A stretch of 61,867 nt of DNA, filler included, from Chiloscyllium plagiosum (Eukaryota): NCBI RefSeq assembly GCF_004010195.1. It is 5 parts of one record of this genome, joined end to end, with 100 filler letters (N's around TTAATTAATTAA, not from the genome) between each part and the next. Parts side by side here need not be neighbours in the genome. Positions count along the whole stretch, not along the records: positions 1 to 25,583 come from NC_057714.1; 4 more parts are not named here. One strand, given 5' to 3'. The translations under genes were made by a program, and so were the position numbers. Below the pieces are notes generated by a model that was not told the origin of the DNA, made no database searches, and saw only the letters and a program-made list of their open reading frames with translations. Of this stretch, positions 12,386 through 25,237 are shown in pieces. How positions within the stretch are numbered: the stretch's first letter is position 1; every line of letters begins with the position of its first letter.

Positions 12386-13742
12386 TGCTGTGTCAGGCAG
12401 GATTTGAAAAATAGATCACTGCATCTTTTTAAGAAAAACTGTGGATAAATATTTGAAGTAGAGCAACAACGATTATGACAGTAAAGGTGGCAGTGTAATT
12501 AATTTTAGATTTCATTTCTTGTGCTATAAACCTCTACATTTCTATTGTTCCTGAAACAATGCCAGTCGGATATTTTGTAACTACGCATAACACATCAGTC
12601 CTTTACGATGCCACTCACAACTACAAAACTGTGTGTGCACACAGTTCTGTCATTACATTTTGGAGGTATACGAAACATTAAACTGATTCGAACATACATT
12701 CAGCTGCAAAACAATGCACAAAAAAGTATAGATAGTACATATTATTGATGTGTTTTCTTTCCTTTTCAAGAGAAGTCTTACTTCTTTAATGCTATTAAGT
12801 CAAGATGTTGGGTAAAATGATATTCTCCTCCCAAGAGTATGTTCAGCTGAAATTTCTTCATTATCAGACAGCCATCAAATATCAGTATGTATAGTCAATA
12901 TAAGTACGCACTTAGACCTCATTCAATAAATGAAAGAGCATGTGGAATTTACTTCCACTTATTTGTTGATCTTTGTTTTTCAATAACCTATACTGATATT
13001 TCACTATCTGATCCTTGCTCGAACACAAACCGTTCGAACTCTGAAGAGTTCAACTCTGTTCAAAATTATTTTTGATGAAACCCACTATCTCATTTTACAG
13101 TCTTTCCATCTTGGCAAAGCTAGGATCAGAGCAAAGGACACCTGGCAAGCTTCAAAATCTACGCAGTTAATTTTATACCCATGATCCAATGTTTCAGTAG
13201 TCAATAATTTCAGTGTTTTATTCTTGCGCTCTATTCAACAACATTCTTGAACATTTAATCAGATGTGTGTAGCTTGACTTATCTTGCAGGAATATTATTT
13301 AAATTAAGATCCACATCACAAAGCCTGAAGCGCTTTCTCTTAAAAGTACAGCATTGAATGAAATTGTTTGTCATATGTTCCAAAATTCCAAAGACAGACA
13401 TTTGTGTATCAATGTGACCTTTGACTTTCTGCTTCATCATTTATTTTCAATAGAAAATCAATGGAATAGTATTTCACTAAGAACAGAATTTGTTCAAAAT
13501 GTTAAAAGGCAATAAACAGCAAATAAAAGCAAATAAGTCAAATGCACTGAACTATAAATTTATAGACTGGTATGTAGAAAGTACAATATTGAAACATACA
13601 TCTTGTATGCATATTTTATTATCAATTGGTCCTTTATCTTGAAAATGTAAAAATTAATAAATTAGCAATTGCTAAAATTAGAGTTTAATTATTTCATGAG
13701 AAATTTTCTGTATTATTTGGAATCAAATACAAGTACAAATAC

Positions 13743-13754
13743 CTTCAAATTCCT
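13743..13754 (-). CDS. MPP7: MPP7 12-nt microexon, (E)EFE
   Basis: tttttgactttttttctgcttctcag|AGGAATTTGAAG|gtattt, with ctaac branch-like motif upstream; phase 1-1; in frame with the 21- and 42-nt exons. Confidence 0.65.
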
Positions 13755-13858
13755 CTGAGAAGCAGAAAAAAAGTCAAAAAGTACAAAATTAAAATGGTTA
13801 GAAGTAAAATGATTAAAATTACTGTAATTTTTTTAAAAATAAAATAGGCAGCACCTAC

Positions 13859-13879
13859 CACTCTCAAGAGTTTCCTCAT
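13859..13879 (-). CDS. MPP7: MPP7 21-nt microexon, (Y/D)EETLES
   Basis: ctcttttctttctcccctccctttttgttggcttttctaag|ATGAGGAAACTCTTGAGAGTG|gtaggt; phase 1-1; resembles MPP4 HOOK peptide DEETFES. Confidence 0.75.
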
Positions 13880-13986
13880 CTTAGAAAAGCCAACAAAAAG
13901 GGAGGGGAGAAAGAAAAGAGGTTTTGCCTTTTTATAACTATCAACAATGTAAAAGCATACTAATCTTGTTTCATTTTGGTGCACAC

Positions 13987-13992
13987 CTCCAT
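13987..13992 (-). CDS. MPP7: Candidate MPP7 6-nt microexon (ATGGAG)
   Basis: tcattttgtttgtgtag|ATGGAG|gtgtgc; phase 1-1; 107-nt intron to the 21-nt exon; donor only moderate. Confidence 0.35.
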
Positions 13993-14709
13993 CTACACAA
14001 ACAAAATGATTGTAGAGAACATTTTGTCTTAAGAGTATTTAACAGTCTTCAATTACAAATTTTTAAAACAGATATGAGATTCCTATACCATTTTTTAAAA
14101 GAACAGCTTTTGATAATTCGCATTCTACCCTTACAACACATCAAATCAAAAACTTTGAGATTCAAAGCATGCTTTGGAATGCAAAAAACTTTTATCTTCA
14201 CATACATTAATGAACCAGACAAGTTGTTTTCAAGTTGATATTATCATTTTAAAAGCTCAAGGCATTAGCTTTACTACACACAAAAAAAAGTTTCTCCTTC
14301 AAAAAAAGAAGTTTAGTGTTAGGATAAATATCTCAAGTTTCCCATCTGAATATTGGGATAGAGTTTCTGGTCTTTCATGCTGGTAGTATCATTACAATCT
14401 GGACTGCCTGAGCCAAACTAACACAAGAGATTGGGGAGTTCTAAACAAGATGTGTTCTGTCCAAATCGACTTAGGGTTGTGCTTTTCATGATTTTTTTAT
14501 ACTGCTTTATGAGCTATGATCTTTTGGATCTGTTGGATCTTTTGCATCCAACCAAGCAAGAAGATAGGGCATCACTTGTTTCCCAAAGACAGCACCTCAA
14601 TGGTCTTGGCTTTTTGTGTTCAAGCCCTGAAATAGGATTTGTAATCAGGAACCTCGCAATTTAGAGGTAAGAGTATTGTTAATTGAACCACAGGGGACAT
14701 ACAGAATAG

Positions 14710-15195
14710 GTGGTAAGCATATGGATCCAGAACAGGTTCACAGGAGTGATTCCGGAGGTGAAGGGCTTGTCATATGAGCAGTTGAGGACTCTGGGTTTGT
14801 AATCAATAGAGATAAGAAGAACGAGTGGGAAATCTGATTTAAACTTACAGAATACTGAGAGGCCTGCATAGAGTGGTAATGTACATGATGCTTCCACTAG
14901 TGAGAGAGACTAGGATCCAAGGGCACAGCCTTAGAGTGAAGGGATGATGCTTTAGAATTAACATGAGGAGGAATTTCTTGAGTCAGAGGATGGTTAATCT
15001 GTGGAATTCATTGAGAGAGAAGGATATGGAGGCTAAGCCATTCAGTGCATTGAAGACAGAGATGGATAGGTTCTTGATTTGTAAGGGGATCAAAAGTTAC
15101 AGGGAGAAGGTAAGAGAATGAGGTTGAGAAACATATTAGTGGGGCAGACTCGATGGATGAATGGCCAAATTCTGCTCCTAAATCTTATGGTCTGA
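14710..15195 (+). mobile_element. CR1 LINE 3' fragment
   Basis: Decayed ...ERVQ.RFTR.IP... / TRGH.LRV... / FF.QRVV.LWN motifs ending in a CR1 3' UTR. Confidence 0.75.
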
Positions 15196-16349
15196 TGAGT
15201 AGAACTCTTAGCAAAATCCTTAGATACATCCACAAACCCAATTTTATCTGTGTTCCTAAAACTGCACCAAGTAACCATTATTAAAATCATCAAGGGGTAA
15301 TTTTAATTTAATTGGAGAAAAGAATCAATTACATTCTATCAATTACGGAAGACATTTATTAGCTGATTACACAAATACAGTCCATTGTAAACATGAACTG
15401 CAACCCAATCATTGAAATCTCAAGCTTATTTTGGACACTTTTTCTGCAGTGTGCCCCCGAAAAGCAGAAAGACTATCACATTATCTTGTTACTAGAATTT
15501 TTCTTTACATTCTAGGCTGTGTGAACAGATCAAAGGAGAAAATTACATCATCTATATTTTATTAATAACTGTAGCTGTTCCTGTAAGCAACATCTTGCTC
15601 AAAAATTCTGTCATTAAAAGTGTACAATGCTGGAACACTAATTTCTTACTCTATACTAACAACCTGAATTTTATCAACTTGATTTATACAAAGTGCAACA
15701 AAACCACTCATTTTTATATTATTTGTAGGTTTAAAGTACTCAAGTACATTAGGTAAGCTGATGTAGAGAAATCTCTGCAAGAAGTTGTCACTATTGATAA
15801 AGTTCATTACTGCAGAAGGTAAAATTGCTTGCAAATACATGGTTTAGATTATTTTTAAACTTTTAGCCTTTTCAAAATTGGTGACATTAACAATGCATTC
15901 CTTCTTTTGTCTTTGTTCAAGTTCAAATACAACTGAATGTGGTACCCCAGTTGAGAGACAAAACTTGCCAGTTAAACTAGGTTACATCTTGTTCAAATGA
16001 ACAACATTTGGATGCAGTTAAAAACTTCCTCCTGTTCATGTGGTCTCAATTCCACAAATCAAAAGTTGAATCAAAATGAAAAAGAAATACTTAAAGCTAT
16101 CCAAGATGTAGAGAACCTTGCAATGTCAGTTTACAAGTCATGGCTAGTGCTATAACAATAGCCAAAGATGTCTGGTGCAGCCAAAGGTACAGAAAGCTGT
16201 TTTTAATTCATTCGTAGATAATGCATACTTCAGAGATGGCAGTCCAGCTCCTTAAAACCAAACACTTAAAGGCAATACATCATGTTGAAATCAAGTTGCC
16301 TAATTTTTCAAGTCACGCAAGAATATTCTAACCAATAGTGTCGAGTACC

Positions 16350-16553
16350 AGAAACAAAAGCAGAAATTGCTGGAAAAACTCAACAGGTCTGGCAGCATCT
16401 GCGCAGAGAAATCAGAGTTAATGTTTCAGATCCTGTGACCCTTCTTAAGAACTCTATCCACAGATGAGCCCTTCCTGATGAAGGGCCTATGCTCGAAACA
16501 TCTCCTACTCCTCAGATGCTGCCTAACCTGCTGTGCTTTTCCAGCACCACACT
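16350..16553. mobile_element. Two PLE pseudo-LTR fragments of different families (minus 16350-16453; plus 16471-16553)
   Basis: The plus piece has cctgatgaagggcctatgctcgaaac (degenerate hammerhead). The minus piece matches the family also seen at 26560-26650 and 52910-53012. Confidence 0.7.
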
Positions 16554-17097
16554 TGGTGAAATCATGTAAAATTATAATAAGAATACACTTAGGATTTTTC
16601 TAAACACTGCAAATGAAGAAACAGCCAAAAGAGATTGGTTGGGTAAATAACTTCAAATTGGATGACTCTCAGTTTTGGCTACCATTTGAAAAAGCTTTTG
16701 ACTCAGTTGAGGAGCTTCATTATTCTCAGAACAGCCACTGCCCAACATTTTCATCCTGACTAAAACATAATCCCTCTGTCAAATCCAGCAGGGGCATCAA
16801 ACACGATACCTAGACCAAATTCTATACCATCTAAGTTGCATGATATAGAAATGGTGAACCAAAATTGATGAAAACCTTTTGACATGAAACTTTAACTCTT
16901 TCTTAAGAGATCTGCTTGACCTGCTGAGTATTTCAATCACTTCTCTCTTTATTTCAGATTTCCAACACATGCAATTGCATTTTTGAAAAGTAGAAATAAA
17001 ACTGGATGAAGTTCTTAGATGGAATCTGGGGTTCTTCATTTATGAACTACAGCAAAACACAATTTTTTTCTTAAAATTACGGAATATACTGACTTAC

Positions 17098-17162
17098 ATG
17101 ATCGTCGATTGGAATTCCTTTGAGGCTGAACAAATGCTATAGGCCTTCGAAGTGCAAATCTC
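17098..17162 (-). CDS. MPP7: MPP7 exon after SH3 (HOOK start), (R)RFALRRPIAFVQPQRNSNRRS
   Basis: ccttgcag|GAGATTT...CGATCAT|gtaagt, 65 nt, phase 2-1; joins in frame to the SH3 exon; resembles mammalian MPP7 RRLALRRPEILVQPLKVSNRKS. Confidence 0.92.
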
Positions 17163-17636
17163 CTGCAAGGTGGTCATTACAAAAAGTGTTAATGCTGGAC
17201 AAAGCTTGATGGAGGCACAAAAAACTTAAGATAGATTGTTATGGCATCAGATTATCTTGTAAAATATTGCAAAGCAAAACAATGCATTTCATTTTACTGT
17301 AGACAAAACAAATCCTTGAGCTTTCAAATTGTAGTTAGTGGAGCCAAAAAACTGTTAAATCTCAGCTCTGTATTGCACATTAAACTGTTTTCCACCATCT
17401 TATTCCAAACTAGAATGCCACTGATGGTATCACTTACTGTCAACTACTTCAGCCCGATATGAGGAAATCCAAACTATTTTGGCATTGTGCTTTTCTAGCT
17501 ATTTATAATCTACGCAGAGTCTGCTTTCAGATTAATAAAATCAGAAAACATAGGTTTATAAAATACCTAGTTGTAATATATATTTGTACTCAAAGTCTGC
17601 TCATGAAGATTGTTATACTTTGTATTTGGTGGTTAC

Positions 17637-17833
17637 CTCTCCTGGAACTGCTTTGAAGGAATTAGTCCTGCTCTCAGATTGGCATCACATTCGCGTTTGG
17701 CTTGCCACCAAGTTGCATCATCCTGGCTGACGATCTGAAGGATATCTCCCTTCTTGAAAGAGAGCCCAGCTTCTTTACATGGAATTGCTTTATCCTCATT
17801 AGGGTCATAATCAAATAAAGTCCTGACAAACAT
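17637..17833 (-). CDS. MPP7: MPP7 (MAGUK p55 subfamily member 7) SH3-domain exon
   Basis: ttttctttgccag|ATGTTT...GAGAG|gtaacc, 197 nt. [46 protein letters not shown]...[13 protein letters not shown] is near-identical to MPP7 SH3 and closer to it than to MPP3. Confidence 0.95.
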
Positions 17834-20064
17834 CTGGCAAAGAAAACAAAAATCACATTTATTCATTTTACATCTAACATGGCTATCATATCTCATCCAC
17901 TAAAAGTAACTTGTATCTGATATTACTGTGCATGTACTCCAAATTGGAATGAAGCAGCTCAACTGAGAAGGAACTGTAAAGAAGAAAGATAATTTCATAT
18001 TACCATAACCACATCAGTTCTCCCAACAATCAAGTGTCAAAGAAATCACAAATCTATTAAAAGCTGGGCAAATAAACTATGTTCACAGCTCAGTCTTATG
18101 AATGGATATGGCCACATGAACTGCAGAAGTTCAGGAAAGCAGTTCACCACCACCGTCTAAAGGCAACTAGGAAAAGGCATTAAATGCTGGTCTTCTCAGT
18201 GACACACATGCATTAATAACTCAAAAAATCTGCAAAGAAAATGTTTCAGGAGAATAAAGATATAAACCATTCTCAGTATTTGAAAAGTTAATTTTCATTT
18301 TACATGCTCAAGAAAGCACTGCCAAATGCATTAGCTGTGGTTAATTCTCTTAATTCAGAAAGCCAATGATTATTCTAAAGAACAATAAAAATGCTCACAG
18401 TCAGTGTATAACAAATGTGTACATCATTGTTGGTCAATGGCCTAATATGGTCAGAAAGGAATATGAGAATTAGCAATTGTCCTTCAACAATTTAGTACTA
18501 TCAATCTATTTTTCTCGTTCCTTTTTCACTCACTATACGCTTCCATTCTCCTCAAACATGTAAACATCAATCAAAAATGGCTACATTCCAATTTAAGATT
18601 ACACTGACATGTGCCAAACAATTTATAAACAGGGTCCTGCAATCAATCAAATTGGCATTCAAGCATATGACAGTGGTGCAGTTAATAGCCTGTTTCCTGC
18701 ACATGCTCACTGGAGATCATTGGAAACAGGAGCAACTTTTTGCGATCATATAGTTTTTTTCTCCCAATTATGGGTGCTCCCAGATTGATTTACCTCAAAA
18801 CTCAAAAGAACTTATTCTGTCACTGATTTTGGATGCATTTTATTAAACCCAAGAATAATACAATTTCTTACACATCCTTGAAATAATTCCCCATAATTTA
18901 TCATGAGCTTAATCAATGAATAGCTGATGGATACAAACTGAAAATGTCCCAAGACTCAGATCCCACTGGGTGCTGAGTTAGCTGATCTCATTCAGGAATC
19001 TTTAACCGGGCCAGAATAACTAAATCAATATTCCTGAGTTAAGGACAGGAATAGTAAACACAGCTCCCTTTCCCGAACACTTTTTAACAAATTCTGCTGG
19101 AAGAACAATGTCGAGACAATTAAGGACGGGAATGGACCCAAGCAATGCTTCTCCAATTGAATAGCCTTCCCACACTCACTCTGGTGACAGATCCAACATC
19201 GGGAAAAGTGGAGATTTCTGTTGCAGAGCTCATCCTTCTTCACAGTTCCTCAGATGCTGAGTTACTCTTTGTTCTTACACAACAAGACCTGAACAAGTCT
19301 CAAGCTTGGGCATATAAATGGCATGTCATACAAGTGCCAATCAATGAAAATCCACAATCAAAGAGAATCTAATTAACTCCTTCGACATTCAATAATCACT
19401 TAATTTCCATTATCAACATGCTGGGGGGCTGACCAATGGCCAGAAACCAAACTGTATCAACCACACAAATTCTGTGACTATAAGAGCAGGTTTGAAGTTT
19501 GGATAATGTGGCAAATGCTTCAACTCCTGACTTACCAAATCCTGTCCACCATCAGGCACACCCTATAAATACAAGTCAGCAGTGTGATGAAAAACTCTGA
19601 ACTTGCCTGGATGAGTGCAGCTCTTACAACACTCAAGGTGGTGGCAAGACAAAGGATTGGCACCTCATTTATCATTTTAAACATACATTTTTACAACTGT
19701 AACTCATGTCGTGCCATTAGACTTATCACTCAATTAATTTTCCTCAACTGGAGCCAGAGTGAGTTAGACGCTGGAGCATGTAATCTGGGATCCCCTCCAA
19801 CTAGCCCAGATGCAAAATAAAAGGCCGGTCAAAGGTATTACTTTTTCCCAATAGTATAAAATACAATGTACTTTTTAACTAGGTTGTGATGTGCCCGAAT
19901 ATTGAAAAAATCTGGATGACACTCCTCAGAAAATATCCAGACATCAAAAGAGATAGGAGTTGGGTTCACTAAGCATTTGATAAAGATTAGCTGAAACAAT
20001 TTTTATTTTAAGTAAATACATAAATTTATAATGAACGAAGCATACAATTTTTGCTGTTAGAAGA

Positions 20065-21720
20065 CCATAAGGAACAGGAACAGGAGTAGGCTATTCAGCC
20101 ATTTGAACCTGTCCCATCATTCAGTAGGATCATGGCTGATTTAACATTTCTTACATCCACTTTCCTGCACTTTCCCCATAATCCTCGACTTCGAACTGCT
20201 AGTAGAGGCATGGGAGACGATGTTTTGAGCGTAAGCTCTTCATTATTCCTGATTCATCATTATGCATGAAATGTCAATTCTCCTGCTCCTCGGCTGCTGC
20301 CTGACCTGCTGTGCTTTTCCAGCACCACACTTTTTGACTCAGATTTCCAGCATGCACAGTCCTCACTTTCTTCCTGCTAGTACAGGCATGATGGTTCCTT
20401 TCTGTACTGTAAAATTTTCTGGTTCTATGGTCAATAATCTATCCATCTCAGCCTTAAATATACACAAGGACTCTACCCCCCTAGTTCTCTGAGGCAAAGA
20501 CTCAACTCTCAGAGAAGAAATCCCTGAGGCTGTGCCCTCTGGTTCTAGATCCATCCTTTCAGCCTTTACTCTATCAAGCCCTGAAGAATTCTTTCTGTTT
20601 CAATGATATCACTTCTAATTTTTCTAAATTCTAATGAGTACAGTCCCAAAACATCTCTGAATTGCCTCTAATGAAATAATATCTATATTGTTTCTTAAAC
20701 AATGGGACCAAAACTGCTCAGCTGTCCAGATATAGTCTCACCAGCACATTTTTCAGTTATAGTCAGACTTCCCTACCCTTATACTCCAACCCACTTGAAA
20801 TAAGGGCTAAGACTCTATTAGCCTTCTTGATTACCTGCTATACATAGAGTCATAGAGATGTATAGCACGGAAACAGACCCTTTGGTCCAACCCATTCATG
20901 TCGACCAGATATCCCTACCTATGTGCTAGCTTTCTGCGTTTTTTGCACAAGTCCCTTTGTGTCACAGCTTTCTACAGTTTTTCTCCATTTAAACACTACT
21001 CTGTTCTTTTACTCTCTCTTCCAAAATGAACCTTATATTTTCCCACATTGTACTCCATTTACAAACTTTTTTGCCACTTATTTAACCTATCAATATTTCA
21101 CTGTAAATGGTTTCCATCCCCCTCACAGCTTGCATTTTCACCTATTTTTGTGTTGTCTGCAAATTTGGCTACAATACATTCATTTCCTTCCTCCAAGTCA
21201 TTTATATATATTGTAAACAGTTGCCAGCACTGATCCTTGTGGAGCCACACTGGTCATAGTTGCCAACTTGAAAAAGAACCTGTTATCCCCATTCGCTGCT
21301 TTCTGACCATGAGCCAATTCTTTGTCAATGCCAGTATACTACCCTCAACATTATGGGCTCTTATTTTATGACAACCTTTTGTAAGGTATTTTGCTGAATG
21401 CCTTTTGAAAGTACAACTACAACATGTCTGCTGGCTCCCCTCAAAAAACTCCAGTAAATTTGTCAGACACTTCCATGACGTTATGCAAACTATGCTTAAT
21501 CAGATTAGGATTTTCCAAAAATGCTGCTATTACTTCCTTAATAATAATTTTAAAACTTTCCCAACAATAGATGTTAAGCTAACTGGCCTACAGTTACCCA
21601 CATTTTGCCTCCCTTCCTTTTTGAACAGGTGTTATATTGGCAGTTTTCCAATCCTTTAGTACTTCATCAGAATCCAAGCATTTTTGGAAAATGACAACTA
21701 ATGCAGCCACTATCTCTGCA
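20065..21720 (-). mobile_element. Decayed CR1 LINE (RT to 3' end) with nested PLE fragment (~20250-20372) and CR1 3'-tail piece (~20845-20915)
   Basis: CR1 3' UTR (gaacaggagtaggctattcagcc) and RT motifs (gatgttaagctaactggcctacagtt = NCRPVSLTS reversed). Confidence 0.75.
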
Positions 21721-21745
21721 GTTATAAATCAAAAAGCTAAATAAT

Positions 21746-22035
21746 ATTAGGTTAGATTCTTTACCGTATCGGAACAGGCCCTTCAGCCCAACAAATCCAC
21801 ATTGACCCATTTCCCTTCGCTATATTTTACCCCTGACTAATGCACCTAATACTATGGGCAATTTAGCATGGCCAATTCACCTAACCTGCATATCTTTGGA
21901 TTGTGGGAGGAAACTGGAGCACCCAGAAGAAATCCATGCAGACTTGGGGAGAGTGTGCAAACTCCAAACAGACAGTCGCCTGGGTCCCTGGCGCTGTGAG
22001 GCAGCAGTGCTAACCACCGAGCTACCATGCCGCCC
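21746..22035 (-). mobile_element. HE1-like tRNA-derived V-SINE
   Basis: Reverse complement starts gggcggcatggtagctcggtggttagcactgctgcctcacagcgccaggg and contains the V-domain gagtttgcacactctcccc. Confidence 0.9.
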
Positions 22036-23825
22036 AATATTCTGAAAAGAAAAGACAACTAGTTCTTATTTCTATTAGAAGATCCAAACTTCAACCTTAA
22101 TACAATACAAGGCATAAAAAAAAATGATATCCTTAAAATATCGAAGTTATGTTAGCTTGATCCCAGAAAATGAGACACACTAGGTTTGGAATAAATTGGA
22201 TGAGGTGGTGACCAATATCAATTACACCCACCTAACAAAATCAAACATTGAAGTTATGTTGAGATACAAGTAAAATGTTTTTGTGCTTTATAATTGAAAG
22301 GTGGTTTGGAAAATGGTTATTTGATCAATAATGGCCCATCCCTAATTAATTTACGTTATCCCACATTGGGTAAAAGTGCCTCTCCATTACAATTATGTTG
22401 CCCATTCAATTTGCAAAACATTTATTTTCAAATTTATTCTTGAAAGTCTAGATCAGGTCATATTGGTCAATTTACTTGGTAATGATACTGCATCTAGTAT
22501 GATAATAGCTTAGCATTCCTGCATGAGAATGTACTTTCACTTATCTGAACTGATACCACCCTCCAGTGCTTGGCATCATCACACAGTTCCTCAAAATAGT
22601 GGCTGTCCAAACTTTATAAGAAATTTCACTTTATTAGATCATGTTATGTCTCATCTCTTTTGCCCTTTGAAGACTTCAGCTGCTGCAGTTTTACTGGAAA
22701 GGAACTTAAGGTAATTTGTTGATTTTATCGCATAGGTTTTAGGCCATTTTATCTTCATACTCCCTCTTCCACCAACACTACGGCAGTGGGGTGTATCATC
22801 TATGAGCTGCACAGCAACTCAACAAGGGTCGTCCAGCAGAAACTTCCAAACCTAGAACCTAGAACACCCAGGATGATAAGATTAGTAGGCTCATTGGAAA
22901 ATCAACAGTCCAATGCAACCTTCCAAGCCACATATCATTCTTAATAACAACTATATTTGCCCTTCTTTCATTTTGTTGCTAGGTCAAAATCCTGAAATTC
23001 CCTTTCAAATATTAATGGTGTAACTACACCATGTGGTTTGCAGCAATTCAAGAAGGAAGTAGCACATTACCATGTTCCCAAACAGCTAAGGATGGGCAAC
23101 AAATGCAGAGCTTACCAGTGATGATCCCGTGTGTTGTTCAAGTAAGAGAAAAGTTTAACACTGAATTCAACCAAGATAGAAGGAATAGGATTAGAGAAAA
23201 AAGTGTCACCTCAATCTCCCAGCATATTTTTGCATTGTATTCTTTAATACAGAATTAAGCTCTTGCACTGCATTGACAAGTAGCGTATGTTTAGAAAATC
23301 ACAAATCAGATTCAAGTGACAAATTAAAGTTGCACAGCAACTTATACACACATCCTTAATCTAGCATGTTGCTGCTCAGTGACCTCATGGCTGCTGGATC
23401 TACGGTGTCGTTCTGGTTCTTGGGCAAGGGCTTTGAAACAAGATGGACTGTGGTGATAGAAGGGGTGCTAAGATCACAATATTGATCAATTTTACCAGTG
23501 AAGAGGAATGATCTTTTGGAAGGATCACTTAATGATGCCGTATGGGTAGAAATAAAATAACACAAAAGTGGTAAACAAGCTGATGGGTGGGTAGTGGGGA
23601 GAGGTAGAAGGTCAAATATGTCATTAAATTTCAGAGAAGCAGAAGAATAATAAGGCGGTGTTGATAAGGGATTTTACCTATCCAAATATTAACTGTGATA
23701 GTTTTGCTGCGCAAGATAGGGAGGCATTCAGGAGAATTTTTTTTAAGCCAGGACATAGAAAGCCCACCAAAGGAGGAAGCAGTCTTGACTAATATTCAGA
23801 TATGAGCCTGGGAAAGTGGAAGGTA

Positions 23826-24490
23826 CAGGGGAACCTCAATTATCCGAACATGCTGAGCAGGCAGTATTAAGTTCGGATAATCGATTATTCAGATAATCGA
23901 TTAAATGCCTTTCCTCTGGGGTATTTTTTTTAAAGTCTGTTCCTTGTTCAGGAGACTCGCAGCAGTACTGTGCGCGAGACCCCGTCCGCTAACCCCATGC
24001 AATACCACACCCCCAACCTCATGCAACACTGCCCCCCGTCCCCAACCCCATTCAACACCGCTCCCCCGCTCCCAACACTGCCCGTTGCCCACGTCCCCAA
24101 CCCCTCTCCGGGACAGCTGGACTGGACACCAACAACAAGACTGCTGCTGCTTTAGTGTGCTAAGTCTCCAAATAGTAGGTACACACACCCACCCACACCC
24201 ACATAGAATTTTTAACTCCAACTTTTTGACAAGTTCCACCTTTGTCCTGTACAGGCCAATGTTGGAGAGATTATCTGGGGAATGGGGGTTTAGGGTACAC
24301 CCCTGTGTAGAACTCCAGGGAAAGTGTGGTGAGAGAGAGAGGACAGGCAGTTATTTGGAGATGGTGCCTGTATAATCACTGGAAACAAAAGACGCGATCA
24401 CTGTTGGAAACACGTCTTTGATGTAATGTTTCCATTGAGACCTGGAGATCTCCTTCGGATAATTGGTATTTGGATAATCGAGTTCCTCTG
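23826..24490. mobile_element. Tigger/pogo-like non-autonomous DNA transposon inserted in a CR1 endonuclease fragment
   Basis: TIRs caggggaacctcaattatccgaa / tttggataatcgagttcctctg; TA TSD at 23824-23825 and 24491-24492; CR1 sequence resumes on both sides. Confidence 0.85.
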
Positions 24491-25149
24491 TATATCCGGA
24501 GGGGAGGATTTTGGAGATAGTGACCATAAATTAGTTAGATTTTGGATACTGGTGGCCCAGGAATATTCTAAGTATTGCCATAATGTTTTCCCCAACCAAA
24601 AACACAAGACAATTGAAAGGTACATATATAGGAAAAGTGAGAATTGAACCAAACAGTCCAGTTCCATGCTCTACGAGTCCACGAACTAGAGGTGGTTTCA
24701 TGGAGCAGCGTAAATTAAAAGAGGACCTGATAGAAGTTCATAAGATTATGAGGAGCACAGATGAGATGGATAGTATGCCAACAGTGAAAATATACAGGGA
24801 TTGGTTAGCTGTAAATGATTCACAGAAAAACGGAACTGAGAAATTTATGAGTTTAAAAATCTAAGAGTATGCACAATTTAAAGGAGTTGGACAATCTTTC
24901 CAGATCTCATGATGGTATAACCTTTCAGAAATGTGGACTTCATATGTGATTGTTCTTGCCTTGCCTCTTGCATATTATTAAAGAGTATTGGATGATGGTA
25001 TGAGTCTTTCAAACTTCAAGGTCAGAAGTCTTTAGGGTGAGAGGGGAAGGATTTAAAAGGGACCCAAGGAGCAACTTTTCATGCAGAGGGTGCTGTGTGT
25101 CGGACCGAAGAGTCTGTTTCTATGCTGTACATCTCTACGATTCTCTGAC

Positions 25150-25232
25150 TCTAAGTCACATGACACCAGGCTAGAATCCAATAGGTTTATTCAAAATCAC
25201 GAGCTTTTGGAGCGCTGCTCCTTCATCACACC
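25150..25232 (-). mobile_element. PLE pseudo-LTR of another family with degenerate hammerhead
   Basis: Reverse complement gTGATGA-a-ggagc(agc)gctcc-aAAA-gctc...aataaa: stem II intact, core mutated. Confidence 0.55.
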
Positions 25233-25237
25233 TTTAC

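Noticed and set aside
16589..16606. 18-nt phase 1-1 microexon candidate (LFRKIL)
   Set aside because: Good acceptor but very weak donor (TAA|gtgtat); unsupported.
23905..24375. 156-aa ORF as a transposase
   Set aside because: Low-complexity interior of a MITE; no DDE/DDD or HTH motifs.
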